Of a stretch of DNA of 24,000 nt, positions 15,243 through 23,498 are shown one piece after another (positions within the stretch are counted from its first letter, which is position 1; the number at the start of each line of letters is the position of its first letter). The notes beneath the pieces were generated by a model that did no database searches, had not been told where the DNA came from, and saw only the letters and a list, made by a program, of their open reading frames with translations. This stretch comes from Agarilytica rhodophyticola. Lineage in GTDB: Bacteria; Pseudomonadota; Gammaproteobacteria; Pseudomonadales; Cellvibrionaceae. Both the position numbers and the translations under genes were made by a program. Location: the NCBI RefSeq assembly GCF_002157225.2, contig NZ_CP020038.1, forward strand, positions 6,010,991-6,034,990, written 5' to 3'.

Positions 15243-15869
15243 TTACACATCATATGCAACCACACATAAACGCTCTCCCCCATTTCTCTTGATTTGACTT
15301 AGACGTGCGATACTGGTGCTGCCATTCAAACTTGTGTCAAGAACATACGAGCACCTCTTATTATTATCTAGAGGTTTCAGTAGATTAATATCTTTGTTTT
15401 CAAAATTTCCATTAAATACAAATATAGTATTAATAGACAAAGATGGATTTTCTTTCTTTAGATGTTCAACTCTTATCATATCATTTTCAAATATTGCAAG
15501 CTGTCTATTACTCTTTAATGAAATTGAGTCACTACATCTAACCTCAAAATGTTGAGTCTTTCCATCACACTCAAAACTGAAGTCACTTCTAGACGCACGC
15601 CTTTTTTCCATTACTTTAGTTACACCAGTTTTAGCATGGTAGTGCAAAAAACGGGCACTGCTATTTTCATCATTATCAACTCCAGATGCACAATAATAGT
15701 CTTCGACACTAATTTTATCACTTAATTTTTCACAAGAAAAAAGTAGCGCCATTTCAGTTGTAAACCATTGTTTCCAGGACTTACTAAGATAATCATTTTT
15801 AAAAACATCATAAGCTTTAGAGAAGTTATAGTTCTTTTGAATTATTGAAAGTAATAATTGTGAGTTCAT
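15243..15869 (-). CDS. hypothetical protein (no confident family; weak PD-(D/E)xK-like strand pattern)
   Basis: 208-aa ORF with ATG start, convergent with the reb cluster. It is the last of three co-oriented genes with short gaps. The SDFSFECDGKTQHFEVRC segment is only loosely nuclease-like. ORF 15316..15555(+) is a shadow. Confidence 0.65.
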   Translation of the reverse strand: MNSQLLLSIIQKNYNFSKAYDVFKNDYLSKSWKQWFTTEMALLFSCEKLSDKISVEDYYCASGVDNDENSSARFLHYHAKTGVTKVMEKRRASRSDFSFECDGKTQHFEVRCSDSISLKSNRQLAIFENDMIRVEHLKKENPSLSINTIFVFNGNFENKDINLLKPLDNNKRCSYVLDTSLNGSTSIARLSQIKRNGGERLCVVAYDV

Positions 15870-15921
15870 AGTTATTTTTCATCTTGTTTTTAATAGTAAT
15901 TTATTTATTAATAATATTTAT

Positions 15922-16230
15922 TTAGATTATTTTAAGTGCGGTATCCGTTAAGCGAGACATCGCTGAATTTACCGCCTTTTGTACAGTAGATCGACCTATA
16001 ATTTCCAATGTTATAATTTCGGCCTCGATAATATCCCTCTCCCTTTCCAATTCGAATGCAACATCATCTTTACTTATATCGCCATTTTTATATGCTACAA
16101 TCAAATCACCAAATAGTTGATTGCGACTAATCAAAGCAGTGGAAAACTCATTTTTTATGGCGTCCTCATAAGAACTCAAAGAATCCAAAGCATCATCTGA
16201 CATTTTCTTTATAATATCTGAAACATTCAT
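15922..16230 (-). CDS. hypothetical small helical acidic protein
   Basis: 102 aa with ATG start and AAGG upstream. It lies 28 nt downstream of the previous minus-strand gene and 52 nt upstream of the next. No family recognised. Confidence 0.6.
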   Translation of the reverse strand: MNVSDIIKKMSDDALDSLSSYEDAIKNEFSTALISRNQLFGDLIVAYKNGDISKDDVAFELERERDIIEAEIITLEIIGRSTVQKAVNSAMSRLTDTALKII

Positions 16231-16258
16231 ATTTATAACCTTACTGTTAATTTCTAAC

Positions 16259-16699
16259 TTAATTTTTTGAGGGTTTAGATGATTCTCCGCGAATCATTGC
16301 TCTAAATAGCCTTTTATAATTGTCACGGCCACGCTTTATAAAAAAATCACCTAATTCAACTTTATTTTTATGTCTTTCTATATCTGAATTCCAGGAGTTA
16401 ATTACTATATCTACTTGTTTTAATGTTAATTCATTAAACGGTCTACTTTCCTGCCTAGACTTCAGCCTATTTAAGCCTGCAGCCACATTAATGTAGTAGT
16501 CTTTAAAATTTATAAATGTTCGTTCACTTCTATCGACGTGACTCATATGGATGTACATACGATCAATATTTTCTGCTATTTGCTCCATTTGAAAAAGTGA
16601 CTCTTCATCATAGTCTGAAATAACATTCAACAAACAACCATATTGGAGAGCTAAAGCTAAATACACACTACACTTGAAGTACTTATAAAATAAAAACAT
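16259..16699 (-). CDS. hypothetical protein with hydrophobic N-terminus
   Basis: The track gives a TTG start at 16714. I prefer the ATG at 16699, preceded by GAGGGA (the spacer from GAGG is 5 nt). N-terminus MFLFYKYFKCSVYLALALQYGC could be a signal or anchor, although the lipobox is non-canonical. The rest is a charged helical region. Confidence 0.6.
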   Translation of the reverse strand: MFLFYKYFKCSVYLALALQYGCLLNVISDYDEESLFQMEQIAENIDRMYIHMSHVDRSERTFINFKDYYINVAAGLNRLKSRQESRPFNELTLKQVDIVINSWNSDIERHKNKVELGDFFIKRGRDNYKRLFRAMIRGESSKPSKN

Positions 16700-16902
16700 A
16701 GATCCCTCATTCAAGATTTTACGATTTTGACATTATGGTTTTATATTCAATAAAAACTACGCACAATCCACTAAAAATTGAACAAATTATTTATAAAAAA
16801 TAATTAATAGTAAATTTAAACGAATTTACGGTTGTTTATTTTTAGTTTTGGAACTGTCAAATTGACATTATTCGATAACATACTGTGACGGGGATAGAAT
16901 AA

Positions 16903-17535
16903 ATGAGCATTAAACTAACGAATGATGATTTGAAAAATATAATGCCAAAATCTTCATTAGATAATATCGAGTTTTACCTACCATCTCTAAATAGGAAAAC
17001 ATCAGAATTTGGCATATTAAGCCCACTTCAATTAGCACATTTTATCGCTCAAATAGCGCATGAAAGCGGTAGTTTTAATTATAAAGTTGAAAACTTGAAT
17101 TATAGCACCGGAGCTCTAAGAGCTGTTTTTGGAAAATACTTCGAAGATGAATCTACCGCAGAAGAATATGCGCGCAAACCGGAGAAGATCGCCAACGTAG
17201 TATACGCAAATCGTATGGGCAATGGTGATACAGCGTCTGGAGACGGATGGCGTTATCGAGGGCGGGGTTTAATTCAGTTAACAGGGCGAGATAACTATGC
17301 TTCTTGCAGTAAAGCAATAGGTGTTGACGTAGAAAAAAACCCAGATTTATTAGCTGGCGATGCAGACGTAATTGTAGCTGCAGCTTGCTGGTTTTGGCAA
17401 TCGAGAGGGCTCAACCAACTAGCGGAGCAAGATGATATTAAGCAGATAACTAAGAAAATAAATGGTGGTTATAATGGTTTAGATGATCGCAAAGAATATT
17501 TGGTAAGAGCAAAGAAAACTTTTCATATAAAATAG
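16903..17535 (+). CDS. glycoside hydrolase family 19 protein (phage/pyocin-type endolysin-like muramidase, 'putative chitinase')
   Basis: 210 aa, no signal peptide. Motifs LAHFIAQIAHESGSFNYKVENLNYS (catalytic Glu pair) and YRGRGLIQLTGRDNY, plus INGGYNGLDDR, are typical of small GH19 lytic enzymes such as the P. aeruginosa pyocin lysis enzyme family. Confidence 0.88.
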   Translation: MSIKLTNDDLKNIMPKSSLDNIEFYLPSLNRKTSEFGILSPLQLAHFIAQIAHESGSFNYKVENLNYSTGALRAVFGKYFEDESTAEEYARKPEKIANVVYANRMGNGDTASGDGWRYRGRGLIQLTGRDNYASCSKAIGVDVEKNPDLLAGDADVIVAAACWFWQSRGLNQLAEQDDIKQITKKINGGYNGLDDRKEYLVRAKKTFHIK

Positions 17536-17550
17536 AAAGAGGATAAAATC

Positions 17551-18390
17551 TTGAAAAACAAAAAAGAGTTCTATGATTTACTGGAATCATTCAATAGCTC
17601 GGATGACATTTTTAAAATATTTCAGAGTATAGAAAACAATATCAATCACTACGCAAAGAAAATATATTCAGATAGAATAAAATCTAAAAAAACTGGTGTT
17701 CCTTTATTAGATTGGTGGATTGCATGTAGCACTCTACTTATTAATAAACAGTTAATCATAAGTGATGTTAACTTTGATGATAAATCTGATAAAGGTAAAG
17801 AATTTATAGAGATATATAACCGTGGCCCCCTCATTGTCGATATCTCTCAATTCTCTATTAATGCTGGCGACCAGGGACAGGATTTTACATTCCCCGACCA
17901 CCTCATTATGTATCCGGGACAAAGGATTAAGGTTCACACATATGTCGGCGAGGGTTTCAATTTCAACAGCAAGCGGCCTATATGGAATAATAAAGGAGAC
18001 GTAGCTTTCCTTTATGATAATCAAGGTGATCTTATTTCATCCTGGGCATATGGTATGGCAGCACAAAATCATATCAAAATTAAATATATAAATTATGACG
18101 GCGAAGAGAAATATACAGAAGGTGATGAGTATGTCGAGATAGAAAATAACAGTACTCATCAAATAGATATATCGGGATGGCAATTGCAGTCAAATAAAAA
18201 TCAAGTTTTCACTTTTCCTAATAACACAAGTATTTCACCATCTGCTGTTATACGTATTTATACGAATTTTGTGGATACCATCACTGGTGGTTTTTCTTTT
18301 AATAGTGCAACCGCCATATGGAATAACAAGGGTGACAAAGGGACACTTATAGATGCTCAAGGCAAAACCGTAGACGAATACTTATATTAG
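17551..18390 (+). CDS. protein with two lamin-tail (LTD) domains and a helical N-terminal region
   Basis: 279 aa, TTG start with AGAGGA at a 7-nt spacer, 15 nt after the GH19 stop. Two repeats carry the LTD signature: GKEFIEIYNRGPLIVDISQFSI....DFTFP....PGQRIKVHT....FNFNSKRPIWNNKGDVAFLYDNQGDLIS, and GDEYVEIENNSTHQIDISGWQLQ....VFTFP....PSAVIRIYT....FSFNSATAIWNNKGDKGTLIDAQGKTVD. Confidence 0.82.
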   Translation: MKNKKEFYDLLESFNSSDDIFKIFQSIENNINHYAKKIYSDRIKSKKTGVPLLDWWIACSTLLINKQLIISDVNFDDKSDKGKEFIEIYNRGPLIVDISQFSINAGDQGQDFTFPDHLIMYPGQRIKVHTYVGEGFNFNSKRPIWNNKGDVAFLYDNQGDLISSWAYGMAAQNHIKIKYINYDGEEKYTEGDEYVEIENNSTHQIDISGWQLQSNKNQVFTFPNNTSISPSAVIRIYTNFVDTITGGFSFNSATAIWNNKGDKGTLIDAQGKTVDEYLY

Positions 18391-18405
18391 AGGCTATTCA
18401 GGCTT

Positions 18406-19503
18406 ATGTTGAAAGATAAAGATGCGGAAAATGGCAATATATCCTTAGATATTATAAAAATTGTTGATGATAGCCAACGATTGATTTCATACATAGCCAA
18501 AAATGGTGATATTGAGCTTGATCCTGATGTCACAAATATTATTGTACAAGCCAAATACAAAATATCAGAAAACCAATGGGGCTCCGAAGATGAAGTAATT
18601 TTTTTATCTAACTATGACAAACTTGCAAAGATAATATACCCGGTTACAGTCGAAAGCTTAAATGCAATCATTCCTACTTATGAAGGAAAAAGAAGGAAAA
18701 AAACTAATGCTGAAAAGGCTGTATCCTGGTATAGGAGAAATACAATATTCGCTTTAATATTTCTTTTGACTATACAAGCATACTGGCTTTTCGGTCACCA
18801 GATAAGAGCAAATTTAATAGAAAATATATCTGAGAGGAAAATTATAAGTGAAGAAATAGAAGATTTATCTCCAGGTGACAAAAAACTAAAAAGACTAAAA
18901 AGTGATCTCAACTTACAAAACCAAGAGTTTGATGCTAATAATAGTTTACTGAATAGGTGGAATAAAGTGTGGTCGTTCGGTGCTGAATTCAAAGGTACGA
19001 TGCCAAAATATTTTCAAACAGTCTATGAAGGTAAGAAATCTGAGATAGAAAGCTATGCAGATGCTAATAACCAAGCATTAGTTGAATTAGAACAGTCTCA
19101 TATTTTACATACAGAAAGGATTAAGTTATTTGAAAACATTCTCTCATCAGGTTTTGTTTTAGATACATTTCAAGGATATTTTTTACCACTACTTTATGGT
19201 TTACTAGGAGCATTTATTTTTATTTTGCGAACACTCATGATGGAAATAAAATCTATGACATACACAATGAATTCAGAAATAAAATTTCGCCTTCGTTTAA
19301 CACTGGGAGCTCTGGGTGGAATGATTATAGGATGGTTTCTAAAGCCCGATAACACAGATGCTCTTGCATCTTTGTCTCCTATGGCTCTTGCCTTCTTAAT
19401 GGGCTATAACGTAGATGTATTATTTTCAATAATGGATCGAATTGTTGATAACATAAGTCAGAGTATTAACAAAAATGAAAGTAATCTACATCAAAGCAAG
19501 TAA
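18406..19503 (+). CDS. membrane protein: soluble N-domain, TM1, long coiled-coil, three C-terminal TM helices (hypothetical)
   Basis: 365 aa, 15 nt after the LTD gene stop. Hydrophobic helices lie at about residues 113-130 (IFALIFLLTIQAYWLFG), 256-276 (FLPLLYGLLGAFIFILRTL), 297-312 (LTLGALGGMIIGWFL) and 322-342 (LSPMALAFLMGYNVDVLFSIM). ORF 18795..18992(-) is a shadow. Confidence 0.8.
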   Translation: MLKDKDAENGNISLDIIKIVDDSQRLISYIAKNGDIELDPDVTNIIVQAKYKISENQWGSEDEVIFLSNYDKLAKIIYPVTVESLNAIIPTYEGKRRKKTNAEKAVSWYRRNTIFALIFLLTIQAYWLFGHQIRANLIENISERKIISEEIEDLSPGDKKLKRLKSDLNLQNQEFDANNSLLNRWNKVWSFGAEFKGTMPKYFQTVYEGKKSEIESYADANNQALVELEQSHILHTERIKLFENILSSGFVLDTFQGYFLPLLYGLLGAFIFILRTLMMEIKSMTYTMNSEIKFRLRLTLGALGGMIIGWFLKPDNTDALASLSPMALAFLMGYNVDVLFSIMDRIVDNISQSINKNESNLHQSK

Positions 19504-19590
19504 AAATGTTGCTAATCTATGATGCGAATCAATGTAATAACCTTTTATTTCAATTGTATGAATTTGGGCATTTAATATAATTAGGATTTG

Positions 19591-19620
19591 ATAGATATCA
19601 TACATGATATCTATTTTTTA
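19591..19620 (+). terminator. rho-independent terminator of the GH19/LTD/4TM operon
   Basis: Perfect 10-bp stem atagatatca (19591-19600) / tgatatctat (19605-19614), 4-nt loop, followed by tttttt. The stem is AT-rich, so stability is modest. Confidence 0.6.
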
Positions 19621-20449
19621 AGTTGTCATTTAAAATTTGTGTCTATATGTGTAACTACAAAGCTTCTCAGCAGCATTGTAGTTTCACCGCTTGTAGGACA
19701 CATCATTAGTCATTTGATATTGGCAAACCAATCTATCAGTAGCTCTATAAAGATAACGAGATAAATTACTAAATTAAAGTCATTACCAAAATATTAATTC
19801 GTACAATGCAAAAAAATTAACTCAATATAACTCAAATGATATATTTCGCGACAACTTCTTAAAATCGAAATGAATTGTCTGTTTTATTTTCTTTAATATG
19901 TTAGCCATGTTAGTTAAATTAATCTTATAAAAAACCTATATACACTTTTTATTACCCATCACCTGTTAATTATTATTTTAAGGTGAACAAAAATCAATCT
20001 AAAAAATAACACGTTAATCAAATTATTAATTTACAAACATTAACAATGTGTCGTCTAAAATTCTTTTTGCTGTAATAGCTGCTCTATTTAGTGTCGGCTT
20101 TCTTAGCACTCTTATACATTTACTGGCGCCAAAACAACATATTGGCGCAACAATCTTTTTTGGTGATATAAAACTGTATTGCTAGTTCATCCAGAATCTA
20201 TACAATAATGCCGAAACGGGAAAAGCATTTATTATTTAATATATTAAGAAGCCTCTCACCTCAAATAATAACCCGGCCAAAATTAAATTTATTTCCAGAC
20301 TCTAGAATGATGCATCGATGTAATTGAATATATTTTATAAATAATTTTTCAACGCAGCATTGACCTACCTACAAGGTGGCATGATTCGGTGCGGTCACCA
20401 TTGTCTGATTTACTTATTCATTACTTATTATTGTTATTACTCGGGAGAA

Positions 20450-23209
20450 ATGCAGTTGAAAAATCAGCAACTACACCAACCATTTTGTAAAACTCTGCTC
20501 GCTATAGCAGTGGCATCATTTATGCCAAATGCCTTCGCTCAAGATGTTGATTTTACACTTGAACAAATCGAGATTACCGGTACTCGTATTCTAGGCACAG
20601 ATAATGATGTATCAGTTCAACCTGTAACTGTTCTTGATGGTGATTATTTGCGCGCTTCTGGTCGTCTAACTGCCGGAGATATACTTAACGAGTTACCTAT
20701 GTTTGGTGATGGCCAACCAGGTGGTTCCAGTATTAATTCATTAAATGGTGGTTTCAGCGCTGATGCTCGAACGATCAACTTACGTAACTTGGGTGATAAT
20801 CGTAGCTTGGTTTTAGTTAATGGTAGACGCCATGTTGGTGGAGATGTAGGCACATCTTCGGTTGATTTAAATAGTATACCTGTAGGCCTTATAGAGCGTG
20901 TAGAAATATTAACCGGTGGTGCCTCAGCAGTATATGGTGCTGACGCAGTAACGGGTGTAGTTAACGTTATTTTAAAAACAGATTTTGTAGGTAATGAATT
21001 CACCATTCGCGGCGGCGCCTCAGGCGAGGACGATGCCGAAGAAACAGCACTAAGTTTTACCCATGGTGGGGAATTTAAGTCTGGCGGTTATCAATTTTCA
21101 TTGGAGTATTCAGATCAACAACCAGTGTTCGGTCGTGATAGAGACTTCGCCCAATTCGATGGTAGCGCAGCCACAGGCTTAAGCGCCGCCGCCAATGGTT
21201 CTGGTGTGACCCCCCAAGGTTCTTACATAAGTGCAGATTTGGGTAACGGTCGCTTTGATACCGATGGCAGCTATGTTCCAGGTTTAGCTTTGGAGAGATT
21301 TCAACGCGCGCCTACTCGCTCTTTGCTTAATGAAACAGAAAGATTTTTGATTTCTGGTCGAGTGGATTTCCAAGTGAGCGATAGTTCCGAGTTTTTTATT
21401 GAAGGAACTTATAATAATACTGAAACTGAAATTCAGTTCGATCCTCAATTGGCTATTTTTAGCGACGCAGGCTTTGCTTCTTCAGGCACCGCCGGCTTCC
21501 GCTTTCCCACTGCACCAACAGTAAACGTAGATGGCGTAAATACAACCAATAATTTGGGTGGAAATTTACGTGTATCTAACAGAAGGCTCGATGAGTACGG
21601 CCCACGTCGCGCTCAAGTTGAGCGTGAATTGACCCGTTTCGTATTTGGTCTTGAGGGCAACATTGGTAATGCAAATTATGAACTGTTTTATCAGTACGGG
21701 CAGGTTGATGCTACTCAAACAGACTTCGATACAATTGATAAGCAACGATTTATTACTGCAATAAATCCGCAAGAATGTGCTGCGACATCAGGCTGTGTAT
21801 TTGCTGATATATATGGCCGCGGTACAATTGACCGAGCATCATTAGCCTATGTGGCGGATGATTTGGAAAGTGATAGTGAGAGTACTCAACATGTATTCGG
21901 TGGCTACGTTACAGGAGACGCATTTAAAATTGGCGGACGCAATGCTGCTTATGTTATCGGCTTTGAGTATAGAGACGAGTCTGCCACTATAGAACCAAAT
22001 AGTGGTTTGCTTGCAGTGACTGACCCTGAAACAGGCTCTGGTAATCTCGTTGGTTTAAAGGGTACACGTACCTTCTTCGGTACCACCGATAGCAGCTACG
22101 ATGTTTCTGAAGTTTTCGGTGAACTTAAATTACCACTAACAGCATTATTTGATGTTGGTGTATCAGCAAGGTTCTCAGATTATAGCTCTGTAGGTTCAGA
22201 GTTTACTGCAGGCCTCACAGCTGACTTAGCAGTAAATGAATATTTACGTTTCCGCAGCAGTGTTGGTTCGGCAACTCGTGCGCCAAATATTTTAGAGCTA
22301 GCCTCACCTGATGCTAGTATTACATCTGGTATCGCAGATCCATGTGACACGCTTGCCGATGACGGCTCGGCACTGACACCTTCAGCTAACTGTAGTCAAT
22401 TGGTTGCCGCAAATTATAATCCTAGTGACTTGGATCAACAGATTCGAAGTGTTACTGGTGGTAATGAGAACCTGGATTCTGAAACAGCTATAACAGCTAC
22501 CTTAGGTGCCGTACTTACTTTCAATTCAACCGTTATCTCTTTAGATTATTATCAAATATCTATGGAAGATGTATTGGCTGATGCATTTAGCCCTCAGGCA
22601 ACTCTAAATCGTTGTGTTGACACATTAGATCCATTTTTCTGTAACAACATTACGCGAGATTCAACTTCAGGCTTCATTACTTCAATACGTAGTGAGCAAA
22701 CTAACCTAGCAGAAGAAGATGTATCTGGTATAGAACTGTCGTTCAATCACGCATGGATACTGGGCGAAGGTGAATTAGAATGGTCAGGTGTTTACACTCA
22801 CTTACTTGAGCATACAAGAAAAGTAAATGACTTAGCACAAGAGCAAGATCTTGCTGGCCGTGTAGACAATATTGAAAATAGAATCAACACTACTCTCCAG
22901 CTTACTCAGTCAAACTGGTATATCGGAATGACAGTGCGTCATTTAGATGATGCTGTACAAAGTATTGATGCTGATCCAACTATTGCACTGGGTAATGATA
23001 TCGATGCCGTTACCTATCTCGATCTTTTTGCTGGCTACCAAGCGACACCTAAATTACTCATTAGTGCTGGCGTAGAAAACGTCACCGATGAGGAATCACC
23101 TATCGTAACACAGCTATACGAGAATAATGGTAGTGCCGATACAACTGCCCCTGGTATTTACGACGTGCGTGGTCTTTTTGGATATGTACAAGCATCTTAT
23201 AAGTTCTAG
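20450..23209 (+). CDS. TonB-dependent outer-membrane receptor
   Basis: Signal peptide MQLKNQQLHQPFCKTLLAIAVASFMPNAFAQ. Plug-domain motifs are present (IEITGTR, NLRNLG.NRSLVLVNGRR, IERVEILTGGASAVYGADAVTGVVNVILK), followed by a long beta-barrel ending in the terminal aromatic YVQASYKF. I prefer the ATG at 20450, because the track's start at 20360 adds 30 non-signal-like residues. Confidence 0.93.
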   Translation: MQLKNQQLHQPFCKTLLAIAVASFMPNAFAQDVDFTLEQIEITGTRILGTDNDVSVQPVTVLDGDYLRASGRLTAGDILNELPMFGDGQPGGSSINSLNGGFSADARTINLRNLGDNRSLVLVNGRRHVGGDVGTSSVDLNSIPVGLIERVEILTGGASAVYGADAVTGVVNVILKTDFVGNEFTIRGGASGEDDAEETALSFTHGGEFKSGGYQFSLEYSDQQPVFGRDRDFAQFDGSAATGLSAAANGSGVTPQGSYISADLGNGRFDTDGSYVPGLALERFQRAPTRSLLNETERFLISGRVDFQVSDSSEFFIEGTYNNTETEIQFDPQLAIFSDAGFASSGTAGFRFPTAPTVNVDGVNTTNNLGGNLRVSNRRLDEYGPRRAQVERELTRFVFGLEGNIGNANYELFYQYGQVDATQTDFDTIDKQRFITAINPQECAATSGCVFADIYGRGTIDRASLAYVADDLESDSESTQHVFGGYVTGDAFKIGGRNAAYVIGFEYRDESATIEPNSGLLAVTDPETGSGNLVGLKGTRTFFGTTDSSYDVSEVFGELKLPLTALFDVGVSARFSDYSSVGSEFTAGLTADLAVNEYLRFRSSVGSATRAPNILELASPDASITSGIADPCDTLADDGSALTPSANCSQLVAANYNPSDLDQQIRSVTGGNENLDSETAITATLGAVLTFNSTVISLDYYQISMEDVLADAFSPQATLNRCVDTLDPFFCNNITRDSTSGFITSIRSEQTNLAEEDVSGIELSFNHAWILGEGELEWSGVYTHLLEHTRKVNDLAQEQDLAGRVDNIENRINTTLQLTQSNWYIGMTVRHLDDAVQSIDADPTIALGNDIDAVTYLDLFAGYQATPKLLISAGVENVTDEESPIVTQLYENNGSADTTAPGIYDVRGLFGYVQASYKF

Positions 23210-23498
23210 AACATTATAAGGCTTCATTACAATGCCAAGGATGGCAGATCGAGGGAACTGTAGACCATACACTTGTCTATATTTATTAGCAGGTTTAGTA
23301 TAAAGGGTATGAAGGGCTTGTCCCTAATTACTGATGCCTCATATAGCGCCCAATATATTGTACCTATTATATTGAAGCTATTTTGTTTGCACCGGGAGTG
23401 TATCTATTAATCCGGCGAGTATTCGTTCCACATTAATGGATAGATTTTAGTTAAGAGTATGTCTGTCTACCATTTAATATGAGGCATTTTAGCTTAAC

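Noticed and set aside
17649-18024. ORFs 17649..17834(-), 17752..18024(-) and 17822..18004(+) inside the LTD gene
   Set aside because: They are nested within a gene supported by two internal LTD repeats, and they have no RBS or motifs.
20380-20400. Short hairpin ggtg-cggt-cacc upstream of the receptor start, considered as a riboswitch fragment (B12 or TPP riboswitches often precede TonB-dependent receptors)
   Set aside because: It is far too short. I could find no B12-box (GCCACTG-like) or TPP (CTGAGA...) signature in 20186-20449.
20360-20449. Upstream extension of the TonB-dependent receptor ORF (the track's start at 20360)
   Set aside because: The extra 30 residues (MTYLQGGMIRCGHHCLIYLFITYYCYYSGE) precede a perfectly good Met plus signal peptide at 20450, and they are unlike any receptor N-terminus.
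20644-21772. Minus-strand ORFs 20644..21006 and 21566..21772 within the receptor gene
   Set aside because: They are shadow ORFs opposite a gene with unmistakable plug and barrel motifs.
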